Positions 23,581 to 37,900 of a stretch of DNA of 46,486 nt are shown here, one piece after another (positions within the stretch are counted from its first letter, which is position 1; each line of letters opens with the position of its first letter). The notes beneath the pieces are model-generated. The model was given only the letters and a program-made list of their open reading frames with translations, was not told the DNA's origin and did not search any database. A program made the position numbers and the translations under genes. The DNA comes from Sphaeroforma arctica JP610 (Eukaryota), in contig NW_014040529.1 of assembly GCF_001186125.1 (NCBI RefSeq), forward strand, positions 52,326 to 98,811. Reading direction: 5' to 3'.

Positions 23581-26500
23581 ATGTCTACAAACATGGCCTT
23601 TCCAATCCAACCCAAACAATCCACATCATCTATAGAAAATGCATCGCTTGCCGAGGCAATTACTTATGCATTGAGAGAGGCAAAGGATAGTACAGTACTT
23701 CTCAGAGTGTATAGGCGAGTACGCTTATCACTGATACATCCATTCGATTACGGTACAATAGCCGCTAAACATTGGCCGTGCGATGGGCACGAGCTGCTGC
23801 TGTGTGTTCTGAGGGGTTTGGTGGGGGCGGCTGAGGATACACGTATGCCAATGGGTAAGTGAATCTTGTAATAGATAATAGATGTATAGGTTACCCAATA
23901 TCATATGCCAATGTTTTTATGGGCCAGCTTAGTAAAAGGCATATGTGTGTTACGCATATCTGTATGTGCTCATAGGTATACATGAGTATATATTTGTATA
24001 GGTTGATAGTTTTTTATAAGAGCTGAAGCTGGTTTTATGCATAGTCTGGTGTTTAGAGCACCATGTCAGTGGCGGAATGTACACGCACAACAGTTTATTA
24101 GACAAAACACTTTATATGAGCCGCTACAAATAGACTCAAGCATTGAAGTCACCAAAACCATATGAAGCTTGAAGTTTGCAAGAGTTATACATACGCCTAA
24201 GTGCACTTATAACCACATTTTTATGTAGGTGTATACGTATGTATTTTTTACGCGATATAGGTTTATACGCATACATCCAATCCGACTAAATGTAATTGTA
24301 CACGAAGTAGCAACATCATGTGTATTGTTGTGTATAAATACATACATACATTTAACGTGTTTGTGAGTATGGACATAGTTGGGGTAGATGTTCATATACA
24401 TAATTTGTATTGAAACTGGTTGTATCGTATGCCTGGAACAGGAAGGACCCCGCAAATGCCCCTCGTGAAAGTGTAGATGTTGCGAGCGTACACTACTATA
24501 TAGAATTCACTCACTTCGCGAATTATCTTGTGAGGTTTATCGTGATCCCTGGAGTTTGTATATAAGGTCCATTGAGATTTTGCTATCAGATTGGAATACT
24601 TTCTGACACGTACACGGTGATGGCATGACTAGTTTTGTGCGCGTAGGTGTTAGTATGACATGATAGGCCAGTTCTAATGTACGTATAGACGCATACATAC
24701 ACATTTATTGGTGAGATACAAATTTAAAGGTGATTATATTTTGCGTAAGCAATACTCGCAAGTGTGTTTCATTGCGGTGTGCGTTTTTGAGGCTAGCATA
24801 TCCTCGCCATCGCTGCTGCTGTTCTGTGTCTGTGACCTTCTGCTGCCTTCTATCGAGAAACGATTTTTTTCTTTGTGTGTTTGCGAGTGTTCGAGTATTC
24901 AAGGGGCACAACATGAATATGTAGACAAACTTATTGTAGTGTCCGGTATTTATCATTGTCTTGATGGCTGTTTGCTGTACGACAGTAGTAGGTGATATAC
25001 GATCAGCATTACCTCTATTGCAAATTCGATGGATTGTTAGTCTGAGTATAATGTATTTTTTTATCGCGTGCTGTTACTTCGAGCTCGGAATCCCGAGTGT
25101 GCTAAGATATAGCAATGCTCCAGGCTACATCATGTAGATCTTCCACACAGGATTACGAAGTCGAAATTCAGAGTTATCACATACACAAGCTGCGGGAGAA
25201 GGACTGTATTTTTTTTCGAAAATTCCGCGTATGGTACCATAGATGCATTGGAGCTCTGCAGGACGATTTCATTTGCAGAGAGATGAGTGTTTGTACTAGT
25301 GACTAGGCAAGACTTTTCGCGAATTTCACTACAAATATGCTTGTACATGAGCATACCAATGTTGGAATACATTCTAAAGCCGATAGACTGTCTGCCAGTG
25401 GGTGGGAGTGCGGAAAGCTCATAGAATAAAGGATGAGCCATCACCTTCAGCAAAAGTTTAATACAACGGATGCTTTGGTCCCGACAGACACTGCTCTACG
25501 ATAATTCAGAGAGCCTGTTCGTTTCTATGGGAAGCTCCCTATGAAGGAACGATCAAATAAATGTGTAAACGAACTGAGTTTACTCTCCACTAAAAAGAAG
25601 ATTGAATTGCAAAATTCAGTTGATCTCAAACGATCTTGTGGAATGGAAATTCATATCTTGGATTGAGAACTAGACAGAGTGACTAGAGCCATTGGGAAGA
25701 ACCATGCATGATATTTGTGTGGCTGCTCATCGATGTGTTTATTTCATCTGTGCCGAAACAATGATGACCAGTATAGCTATTGTTATTATTCGCTTAAAAT
25801 TTACTGATAGTTCTCAATTCCATCTATGTAGGAGTGGTTCTGCCGCGCTGGAATTGGGAGAGTGTGGCTGCGTTGGAAATGATGTGCGAGTGTCTGCAAC
25901 TACTAACAATCATAACTGTTATCGATGATGTGGACGCACAAGCGAGGCAATACGGTACTATAGACACTCTGACACGGTTGTTAAAGCGTATGACGAAGCT
26001 CATGATGACAGGTAGCGTGAAACCCTCTGCAGTTCGGTGTCGATGAATTTTAAGGGCCACTTTTTTTAGCTCAAGCACTGTCACTTTTGAGCAATCTGTC
26101 AATAGACATATTGTAGATACTAGCTAATTCCCTCCGTTTGGAGTGCCTGTTCATTTTAAACGCAAGTAACCACCCACACGAACAGGCGATATCGAGCAGA
26201 TCGAACTAGCAGCGCAAGTAATGGATTGGGCATCTGTGCCATTGGGGCGGTTAGCCTCACCCGTAGCATCTAGAGGTGTTGTGACACAGACTTATTATAC
26301 CTCCCATTCGCCTGTGTGCGGTGTGTGTGAGTATCCTGGGTTTGAGGTGGCCAGATCAGGCGAATGCATATGGTCTGTTGATTTACGTCTCGCTGAGGTG
26401 CGTATAGGTCTACGTCCAAATGCAATACCCATGTCTGGGTGTGCATCTCGTTACTACATGTATCGGTGACTTTGAATATGTTCACTATTCCTATCGTATA

Positions 26501-28694
26501 TATCTTCGGGTATACTAGTGACTGTGTGCGTGTACGAATACTTGAGATTCTACTTTTCAGTCTATCACTGGATGATATTATACTCGTGCCCGACGGCCCT
26601 TCAATATACTTAAGTGAGCATTTGAAGAAAGTATTGCAATGGACACATACGCACGACGACCTCTCAATTTTTCTATTTTATGGGTCTGCAGGGAACCTTC
26701 ACGTCAGGTGGTCTAGGTTTCGAAGTATGGCCGGGGGCTCAAGTGTTCGCCACCTGGCTGTTAGAAGGAGAATTGGGGATTCACGTGCGGAACAAGGATG
26801 TATTGGAACTGGGTGCGGGCTGTGGGTTAGCAGGTGAGTTGCTCGTTTGTTTTCTTCTAACCGAGACCCTGTAAAGCAAGGACAATAGCTGCATGTGCAC
26901 TCGATGAGGATGAACTCTTATAGTGTTCGATCTACCCGAGAGAATATACAGATGAATGTGAATTCACTGGGTAAGGGTGACACATAACCATATAAAACCC
27001 AACCACAGCTACTGCATTCGAGCGTGATTGTAAGCGTTTTGAGCAGTTCGGCGGGTCTCTCCCAGTTAGGAGTAGTTATATTAAGCGGCAGAGATATTCA
27101 GCGATGCCTCGTGACCTTCATCGCCTTTAAATTATTAAACTTCAGTAGCGTTCGCAGTATTGTACAGAGGCATGTGCCGCTCAGAAAGGGGTTTAAAGGT
27201 ATTTGAACATGAGCGCATACGACTATGTTGCCGCCTTGTGCAGATCACTTTTATCACTTAAACATTATAAAGCTTACTATTCTGCTTTTTGACGCGCGCA
27301 GGAGTATTGACAGCGATATTTGCAAAATCGGTTGTGATGACCGATGGCGAAGTAGCGCTCACTCCGACTTTAGAACAAAATAGATCAGAAGCGAAGATGG
27401 GCGCGCACATGGCAAGCGTGCTGCAACCTGCACTGGTGCTGAGATGGGGTGGCGAGACTCCGGATCTCTACACTCCTGTGGAAGGTATGTAGATTGTCAT
27501 ATCAGATGTGGTTAAAAGCCACGGCAGTGTTGATGCAATGATTGTTAGTTGTGTGAAGCTCCGTTTGGTATGAGGATGAAGCGATCGATTCGCACTCGCA
27601 CCACATCATAGTACCGCGGACGAGGTTGTACACAATTCGTTGTTACATATGACTGAGAGGTATGTACTCGAAATGTCGGGGGTATTATGGCATTGTTGTT
27701 ATATCCGAGAGCATCCTGATCGCAACATAGTCCTTTATACGATCTCTGTGCAGCCATCACAGTGGAGGCTTTAAACTATGGTACACGGCAGCTCTACTGC
27801 TTAACGCACGAGGCAGTGCCCACACGCAGTTACATATGAGTTCTTCTTTGAGTTAATTATACCGGATGTATCTAGCAGATGGAGTACTTGTGACGGGCGA
27901 CCTAGACAGAGACCGCAAATTACACTTCGGATCACGTGAAGCAGATGAGCTGGGAACATATGAGGTTATCATTGCTGCCGATATCATCTACCACACAGGA
28001 CACATCGCGACGGCTATTGTGACGGACATTATACCACGATATTTGGTAAAGTGTCATTACTAGTTCTGCCGATCACTTGTTTCGCCTGTCTGCTATGTGA
28101 TGTTTGTCATCAGTAGGAAGGGCTAAATTGACTGTTTCATGCACGTCTTAAATAGTCTCTTGCTGCATGAATATGCCCATGTCTGTGTGCGATACCTCGT
28201 TGTGCACAACTTGTAGTTAAATTTCATCTGATTGCCCAGCACGTACGTTGCCGAGCTGCCAAGTAGCATTTGGTACATTGCGAATATTGCCGTTTTCTGT
28301 AACACTTGTACATGCTTTGGACTCTGATATCATATATCGTCAACTTTAGAGTTGTATCAAATATGCGTACTGTTCTTTGCTATTAGTCGCAAGGCCTCTT
28401 GCCACATTCCCATGCAAATTTAAAGTGCAGCAGTGATCAATCAACAAACACTACAATTCATTCCTAACAATATTTTGATGTAATCAACGGACACAAAACT
28501 TCAGTTTTAACAATGTTGTGATGTAATAATAAAAATTGTATTTTATTTCCATCAATATTGTGTTATTCAACGGACACTACACTTCGTTTCTAACAATATT
28601 GTGATGTGTTCCGATAATCCGTGTACAGAAACTAGATGGGCGATTCTTTCTCGTTATCCCTCCGGAGAGAGACGGATCCGATGATTTCCTGCAG
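23581..28694 (+). CDS. Family-16 (METTL21/22/23, EEF2KMT-like) SAM-dependent protein methyltransferase; 5' and 3' exons less certain, may continue to about 30477
   Basis: Phase-compatible exons 23581-23854, 25832-26011, 26186-26397, 26692-26833, 27302-27484, 27879-28045, 28629-28694 encode GLGFEVWPGAQVFATWL, motif I VLELGAGCGLAG, post-I VVMTDG, LRWG and motif II IIAADIIY. A candidate last exon is 30353-30477 (...HEFMIYVNEENCELLRS*). Confidence 0.8.
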
Positions 28695-29014
28695 GTTCGT
28701 TCGCTTCTATCTCTCGTCAATATGCGTGCTATCCATTTCGAAGCTTCAATGTCATATTTTTATTTATAGATAGTATTGTGGGAAGCACAAGCGTCGAGTC
28801 TGTCGTTATATTGGATTAATTGCTGTCGTTCTGGACTTGTCGAGCAGATTTTAAATCCTGATTTGGCGAGAACCACTTACTGGCGCGCAGTACATTCATA
28901 TCTACCTGCAAATACAAACCATCATTCCCTACCTAGGCGGCAAGAGAGGCTGAGGCCCAAGAGAGAATATCCATGACGGTCGAAAGAGCACCGCGGCACT
29001 ACATACCGCAGCAG

Positions 29015-29455
29015 TTTAGAGACAAGCTCGATGCAGGTGTTGGATTTAGGTTGGTGACGATACAGCGGCGAGATAAGTGATTTAGGAAGAATAATCCAAC
29101 GTAGTAGGAGAGACAAGTTGTTAAGTGATGCTGGTAGTACGAGATGGGTGATTTGGGGAGATAGGCGATTTAGGATGAATAATTTAACGTAGTAGGAGGG
29201 ACAAGTCGTCTGCGTGATGCTGGTAGTATGAGATAGGTGATTTTGGGATATAGGTGATTTAGGACGAATAATTTAACGTAGTAGGAGAGACAAGTCGTCT
29301 GTGTGATGCTGGTAATATGGGATAGGGGATTTAGGATGAACAATTTAACGTAGTAGAAGAGACAAGTCGTCTGTGTGAGCTGATAGTACGAGATAGGTGA
29401 TAAAGTTCCACGTAGTAGGAGAGACAAGTCGCCTACGTGATGTTGGTAGTAGGTA
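29015..29455. repeat. Minisatellite of about 5-6 imperfect units of 60-90 bp
   Basis: Recurring gtagtaggagagacaagtcgtctgtgtgatgctggtagtacgagataggtgattt...aggatgaataatttaac near 29101, 29189, 29278, 29350 and 29412. Confidence 0.9.
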
Positions 29456-30551
29456 TCCATACAGATAAGACCTCCAAAAAAAATCTAGTGTTTAGTGACG
29501 CTTAGTTGGACGCAAGCATGGCTCGGGTGACCACTTGAGCCGATAACGTTTTGTCTCGTAACTCTTGTTGTGTGCCGAGTCATTGCACAACCCAGTTCAG
29601 ATTTGAATTCGGTGCAAGATTGAGATCCATATGTCAGACATGGCAGATGGAGAAATGGGTTGCTTAACCTTCTTTTGCAACTATATGCTATTTGCGTATT
29701 GACAGAGGCATCGCAACCCTATATTCCCCGGCATTTCGAGCCGTTTCTAGAACAGTATGGCGCTCGTAAGAGTGAACGATCCTCTCTCTGAATATCATGA
29801 TTGATCTTCTACAGTTATGCATACCGTTGCCGGACAGTGATGGATATGGTGCGGGAATACAATAGTATTGCTGCTTGACAACTGTCATTGCTTCCACCTT
29901 GGGATCGATATTTATAAAGTGAATGCAGAATAAGAGTCCCATTGTGATTTGCACACACATACAAAAGTGTCGGGCTGAAGTTAAGTTCGGATTAGTATGC
30001 GAGGGTGAACTGGGGGAGCAGGGGCACAACTAATCCAGTATAGTTTACCTGGGGGATGTACCTGTTTCGTGCGACCCACGAGAGGGTATCACAACATCAG
30101 GTATCCAATCAGTATAAGGGTATATTTGTCGAGGGAGTTAGAGATTGGTAGCGATACGTGTGGAGTAAAATACACCCGCATCTCACCATGGGAGCGAGTT
30201 GTGTCGGACAACATGCTAAGCGGGAATTATCGAGGCTTGATGGTTTTAATTATAGAATTGACTTTAACTCGAGGCGGAGACCGCAGACAAACTGACATCC
30301 AACTACCGCCAGATTGATTCACTACGGTGGTGGTGAGATGGCTAAGTTGCAGGCGCTTCAATTCTTTGTACGTTGCAATGTCAATATATGTGCATGTTTG
30401 ATTGCAATGACTCGACGGGCTCCCATGAGTTCATGATTTATGTCAACGAAGAGAACTGCGAGCTCCTGCGCAGTTGAATCGCTGAGCAATGCCGATGAAC
30501 ACTAGCTACACTTATAGAACGAGGTGAGTTGCGCATACTCGAATTGGCAGA

Positions 30552-31367
30552 NNNNNNNNNNNNNNNNNNNNNNNNNNNNNNNNNNNNNNNNNNNNNNNNN
30601 NNNNNNNNNNNNNNNNNNNNNNNNNNNNNNNNNNNNNNNNNNNNNNNNNNNNNNNNNNNNNNNNNNNNNNNNNNNNNNNNNNNNNNNNNNNNNNNNNNNN
30701 NNNNNNNNNNNNNNNNNNNNNNNNNNNNNNNNNNNNNNNNNNNNNNNNNNNNNNNNNNNNNNNNNNNNNNNNNNNNNNNNNNNNNNNNNNNNNNNNNNNN
30801 NNNNNNNNNNNNNNNNNNNNNNNNNNNNNNNNNNNNNNNNNNNNNNNNNNNNNNNNNNNNNNNNNNNNNNNNNNNNNNNNNNNNNNNNNNNNNNNNNNNN
30901 NNNNNNNNNNNNNNNNNNNNNNNNNNNNNNNNNNNNNNNNNNNNNNNNNNNNNNNNNNNNNNNNNNNNNNNNNNNNNNNNNNNNNNNNNNNNNNNNNNNN
31001 NNNNNNNNNNNNNNNNNNNNNNNNNNNNNNNNNNNNNNNNNNNNNNNNNNNNNNNNNNNNNNNNNNNNNNNNNNNNNNNNNNNNNNNNNNNNNNNNNNNN
31101 NNNNNNNNNNNNNNNNNNNNNNNNNNNNNNNNNNNNNNNNNNNNNNNNNNNNNNNNNNNNNNNNNNNNNNNNNNNNNNNNNNNNNNNNNNNNNNNNNNNN
31201 NNNNNNNNNNNNNNNNNNNNNNNNNNNNNNNNNNNNNNNNNNNNNNNNNNNNNNNNNNNNNNNNNNNNNNNNNNNNNNNNNNNNNNNNNNNNNNNNNNNN
31301 NNNNNNNNNNNNNNNNNNNNNNNNNNNNNNNNNNNNNNNNNNNNNNNNNNNNNNNNNNNNNNNNNNN
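30552..31367. other. Assembly gap (N run)
   Basis: Run of N. Confidence 0.99.
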
Positions 31368-31934
31368 TTTTTATATGGATTTAGTTTCAGTACATATCTA
31401 TATATTTATAGCACTTAATATGCTTTAGATTCTCCATACAATATATGATGGAGATAGCGCTCACCACAGAGTAGCCTTTTCTTCTTGCTCCTCTCGGTTT
31501 TTACAGCAGCCCCTCGCGAGCTTCTGCAGTGAATCTGACTCATTCGACGTCTATCAGTTCGAATGTTTCAATCTGCGATTATCTACGCCACTGGTGCATC
31601 AGCCAGTAAAGGTATACAAATACTGAAAAATTGGATTTACGATTAGTTCGTCTCGCAATGCGTTGCTTTGTTAATTCATACTTCAGTACATATAGTATTT
31701 ATATCGACTATTCTTGATGCCCTTGAAGTGCTGGGGAAATTCGGCTGTGCTCGAAGTGTTGAGGGAAGTAGTCGTTGAGGCCGGTCATGTACTGGAACCT
31801 ACTATCGTAAGACACATGTGTCTACTATATATAGGATAATACAATATGTACTGATAATGAGCGTTGTTCATGGGAATTATGGTTCAGAAGTATGTATTCC
31901 TTTATCGACCACAATACAGTATTTTCCTTCCGCG

Positions 31935-34900
31935 CTATTTTTTCTTTTTGCTGTGCTTCTCCTTGGTAGGAGTGCCACCCTGAGCCTTGCAATTCTTGAC
32001 CGCTTGAGGATACTGCTGCACGAATTCATACACATTGAACTTCCGCAGACATCCGTTGTAATTCATATACCGCACTTTCCCAAAGACAGAGCGCTCCATC
32101 CATCCCTGATCGTGTACACCCCCTATACTCCAGATGCACCTGTATATAAGTGTAATTAAACGTATGTTAATTTTTGCCGAACTTCGGCTTGTATATCCGG
32201 GTGGATATCAGGAAGTGCAAAAATTGTTTCAAAATTGCGTTGCCATCGTACTGTTGCTTCAGGTTATTATCCTGTGAATTCTTTGGTGGGTTAATCACCG
32301 CCTGACGGAACCACATGCCACACTGCAAGACAGCCTGCGAAAAAAGATGCGTTTGGCAAGTATATATTGTCTCGTCCGATACAGTATTGTAGTTGTAGGC
32401 CATACAAGTATATACACATACCCTACATAGCCATTTGGATCGTAGCCATCGATTTCGTACTTGTCATTGAGGTACAAAGCCGTTTTCAATGCCGTTTGAG
32501 GAGTCTGAGTCCACTCGAGTATCTTTTTGGCCCAGTACATCCGCAGGAAACCATGCATTTTACCTACACAGAAGGTTACGTATCGCATAGTCAATTTTTA
32601 ATAAAAAGCCAAATGGGTTATGGAGTACAAGGAGAGGTGCCGACCGTGAAATAAAATAAATAGGTGCAGTGCTACTGAACGTTTTGGTTGATTATCGGAG
32701 TCTTTGTCCACCCAAGCAAAGTGAAAATCGAGAGTGACACACCTTCTTCGACCATCTGGAGCTGAGCCGCATTCCACAGATCATCATGTGTGTTCCCCTT
32801 GGCGAACTCGTCGCTCGTGTAAGTATATCTGCAGCAAGTTCAAAAAAAAAAATTGCATCGAAGAAATAAGGGTAAGGCGGCTATACATATATCAAGTATG
32901 TTGAATTTCTGGACATACCCATAGTAGTGTCCGTGCGAAGGGCATACTGGCCACAAAATTCACAATACATGTAAATGTCAATAAATACAGTAAATTTAAA
33001 CGAGAGATTTGAGAGAAACATTCAATGAAGTAGGCACGCGATCGATACAACGCCGAAATCGGCGGAACCAAATCGCACACTAGAAACCTGCTGCAACCCG
33101 CACAATTCAAGAATATCTATCCGAGCCATTGTGCCACCGCGAATACACCAACTTAGATGCAAACTAACACCCACAAACAAATCGATACACAACATACTCT
33201 CTCTTATCTTCAGTGTGTTTTTCAAGACTCTCCTGGGCCCATCCCGGCGCCCCTTCTAAGGTGTCGTACGTATCTGGCTTGTAGAAACAGAAGTTGTCGG
33301 ACAGTTCTCGTCGTACAATTGATTCTTCGATGAACGATTCTCGTCCCTTCTGGACGGAACCTATCGGCAGTTGAAAAGCAAATTGTAAGCTGCTGCAGTA
33401 TGATATATATCTGCTCATATTAGGATAATAAATCGAGGAATATCGACTGATATGAATTCATAGTAGATAAAGAGGCGGTTCACTATGGTCACAAAAGCGT
33501 GAAGTCAGTACAAATTAATGAGGTTCGACATTGGAGATGTACTGGCAGAAACTCTCCGACGCTCAGCAGCATACAAAGCATACCTGAGAATGTTTGTACG
33601 ACCAGAAACGCACGCTGCGCAGAAAGTTGGCCGAAGTTGAAGAAACACGACAAATCACTGCGGATAAAAAGACGTAGAGCATGTGAAAGGACTATTCATA
33701 ATAAGCACTTAACGGTCACGGCCAATTCTCGCATCGCTCATTAGTTTGTACACATAGCCATAGAAAAATCATCCGCACGAGTGCTGGAGACATTGCCAAA
33801 TTGCAGTCGCTCGCGCTGGTATACAAGGTGACGGGAGAGTACACGACAACAAGAAATTGGTCTTCAACACTGTCATGTCTGTGTCTGAGATGATTTTGTG
33901 ACCTTCGTTTGGTAATATTGTTTGACTGACAAGGCTGATTAAAACAAAAATAAGACGGGAGGATAAAGAATATATTTACCCACCTCGAAGCATGGACATT
34001 TGGATCATTCCGATCACGAGCAAATAGCTGCAGTCGTTCGTTCACAAAAGTCTCGAGAGCTTCCATGGCACCTGCCTCCCCTGGGGTACACCATTTTACC
34101 TGCAAAGCCGAAGCTAAAGATGAACACTTGCCGAATTTGCTGATATACAAAAGTCCACATATACATTCTACTCGAATGAAACGGAGATTTCTTGGTAGAT
34201 GAGGAATGGTATCGTATGCTTGGAACATATGATGCTTGCACAGACTGGCGTGGGTTATATATGATCTAACGAAGTAGTTAGGTCGGTCGAGGGACTCAAG
34301 TCTTTCAATATAAAAAAAGCTTCCAGTATATACAGGGTATACAACTTTGCTGACAACACAAAAACCTGTTACAAGGCCGTTTGATAACACTTCTTCATCT
34401 CCTGACTGTAGCAGTATCAGCAGTTGATGACAACTACGGTGATCTAGAAAAACAATTACTTAAAGCGATCAATGGTAGAAAATACTGTAGAGCTGACTTT
34501 GCAACACCAATACATTTCTCAATATAGTTCTCCCGTTAGGTTTGAACGTTTGCAGAAATATGCATAACCAGACCTGATTACATCTGGAAGGCTTGCACTC
34601 GTCTATTCATCATAGATTGCTCTCATCTTCTAAAACAATATTAAGTATGTAGGTTTAACGTATAAACAGCCTACTCAAGAAAACAGTCTTGGTTGCGCTG
34701 GCTGGCGCAGCTTACCTCGGGAACATCATGATCAGCGTCAACGTTATTCATTATCTCATCCCAGTCCACTTCCTCAGCATCCTCAACATCTCCTTCCTAT
34801 TCGAGTGTAAGGTTAATAAGTTCTAATTCATATCAGATAAAAATTTGTATTCGACTAATTCTAATCCATAACAATTATTCGTCCCTCCATCGCTATACAA

Positions 34901-37900
34901 TTTTTCATCGACTCATGAGAGATTCAATCTTGTCGTTGAGATACCAGCACATACTAAGCGTCATGAATACAAGCGTACGATGCTGCACTGCATACGAAGA
35001 CGTTCACATACCCAAGGACAAATGCGAACCGAATTGAATCACTGTACTCTCGCCAATTCACATTATGTCACATGCTGTGTTTGAAATCTGGTACTGCTTC
35101 AATTTATGCACTCTATCTTACATTTGAAATGCAACACTATCCATTATCATTTAGGTACTTCTCATGAGCAATGTACCTGTACTTCAACCTCAGGAAACTC
35201 TGTACCGAATTCGGCAAGTCTTTTGTGTATTTTGGTTCGTATCGTCCGCGCACCATATTCACATTTCTCGCTGGTCCCCTGCGAGAGTGTATTGCCGAAT
35301 ATCAGACAGTCGTATGTGACAACCATCACTTTCATCAGAAGTGCGTCTAGATCGTGATCACATCGCATTGTTGTATGCTTGTATTCATCAACTATAAACA
35401 TTCAGAGAGATGGAAAAATGCAATGGACATGACCAAATTAAGACATCCCATCTATCTACACGCCGACACTGACATATAACTTGAATGCACCTATGATACT
35501 ATACTGTACAACGTAAACATGCCGATTAACGATCTAATCGTCTCAACCTTCCAGGGTGTGATATCGCACTGTGAAGACAACTAATATCCTTATGCACCGA
35601 TATATAAACATATATATATCTCCTACCTGCATAATAAGCAGGAATCAGCTTATCACAAGTATTAAAATATAGTTGTGCGTATCACATTGTCGTACAGCTG
35701 TGATCGTGAAAAACTCTTTGGAAGACAGCGAATAAATCCTTTCTGACAGCAATAGCAAATCAGATCCAAATCTGCGACAGAGATTAAGTTACTACGACTT
35801 AATCACCACCAACTTAGCCTCTACCGAATCAAGTTGTGCATACCAAAAAATAAAATGCAATCAAAACTTAACATCCTCACATTCGGACATTAGTTTATAT
35901 TCAATTTTATGTTTCTGCCAGTCTGTCTCAAAATCGGAGAGCATGTATGTGCGAGACGCACATAGGCAAACCTCACCACATCCACTTTGGAATCGTTAAA
36001 CGGGCACAACGCTGTGCGTACCCACTTCCATGTTTAATTTCCATACGCATGAAGCAAACACAACAGCCAAGATACATCCAGATTGACCATACAAACATGG
36101 CACAACATGCACAATCACCGTAAACAAAGCAAACACATATGCAACATACCTAAATGGGGACGACGTTGTGCGCATTCACTACCCTGATAATTCTTCTCTC
36201 GCGCATGCCACAAACTTTATAAATGAATCACATCGAGATTAAACATACCCACACAGCTGCACAGAAATACGCACCAAATACATATGATGCATACCCATAC
36301 GGGCACGACGCTGTGTGCATCCATTACCATAACAAATTTTCTCTCACGCATACCACAAACCCTATAACTGAATTACATCGAGTTTAAACATACCCACACA
36401 GCTGCGCAGAAACGCACATCAAAAACATACAAATCTTCTCTCGCGCATGCCACAAACTTTATAACTGAATCACATCGAGATTAGACATACCCACACAGCT
36501 GCACAGAAACACACTCCAAATACATATGATGCGTACCCATACGGGCACGACGCTGTGTGCATCCATTACCATGGCAAATTTCTCTCACGCATACCACAAA
36601 CCTTATAACTGAATCACATCGAATTTAAACATACCCACACAACTGCGCAGAAACACACACCAAATACATATGAGGCATACCCACACGGGGACGACGTTGT
36701 GGGCATCCACTTCCATGACCGGGATGCTGCACACCTTCTCTGCCACCGAATCTCGCCACTTCCTTTTCTGCCGCAGAGCGTGAAAGTCCACTACAACCAC
36801 GGCAGCATCAAGTTTGTCAATCTATGTTCACGGAGAAACAAATCACAACATGCATGAAGATTAGCTACAGATTCATACATGTGTGCCTTAACATCAAACA
36901 CTCGCCTTCCTGTAATGCTTGTTTTTACACGCTTGCCACCGTTCAGTGCATTTCTTATTAACCGCTCATATTCACGAGATGCCCGACAATGGGTTCGGCT
37001 GTAACTACATAGTCTTCAAAAACATTTGTGTGCCAATCAAATGGTCCTTGATTAGAAAATAAAACTGCTACACGCGACGTACGAAACTAGGAAGGTGTAT
37101 TCGGGCAACAAATCTAGGAGTGCACACTGATCTTTTCGAACCCTCAAAAAATCTAGAAGCAAATGTCACGCTTTATAAATATGTAAATGTACATTAATCA
37201 TGTGGATTTGAACAAGGCAATAGCACAAAGGCCTAGGAAAACGCAGTATTAGTAAAGACCCCTGCTGCTGAAACTAGTGGCATTGGAATCATGTTTAAGC
37301 ACGGAGAGTTGAGATTGTAATGATAAGGTCACCACTGATGCTTTCATTAGTTGCCAAAAAATCGATTCAAACTAACCAAAACTTGAAGAGTCATACCAAC
37401 AGAGAAGTGCTAAACCGGAGACATTTTTGAGCGCCTGCGTGCATATGGCAAATACAGATACCGACCATCCAGGTCGTTCGAATGCTGGTCCCCTATTCGC
37501 ATGAGTCTAAAACTACCCTGCGCTCGATTGCGAAGATACAACTCACACTCGTATAAATCTCAGACAAAGCAAAACTTCAGAAGAAGGGATTAGCGTACGC
37601 GGTCAAGTTGAAAATACACTTCTCACTGTGCACATACCTGGTCTACTATATTTTTGGCCACATCCCCCACGAGAAAATGGAACGGGATATTCAACCCTTG
37701 CAATCTTTTGGAAACTTCTTGCAAACCGCGTAATCTGAATAGTTCCTGGAATTGGAATGAAATAAAATCCAAAAAAGCATACGTTAGCAATAGAGGGTTC
37801 GTACGTGAGACGTCACACCGTGTCACATATGAGCAAATGGTTCTATGTAAAACCGCACACATATCGTGGTAGAGGATAGCATATTTATATAATTGACCGA

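Noticed and set aside
29015..29455. Regularly spaced repeats resembling a CRISPR array
   Set aside because: The intervening sequences are themselves repeated, the context is eukaryotic, and there are no cas genes.
30524..31428. Long ORFs of 187-314 aa here and at 42249-43230
   Set aside because: They are artefacts of reading through N gaps.
32167..32403. cag|TGTGGCATGTGG ('CGMW') in the last photolyase intron as an alternative exon
   Set aside because: In the required phase it reaches a stop within about 9 codons. The true conserved exon ([13 protein letters not shown]) begins at 32139.
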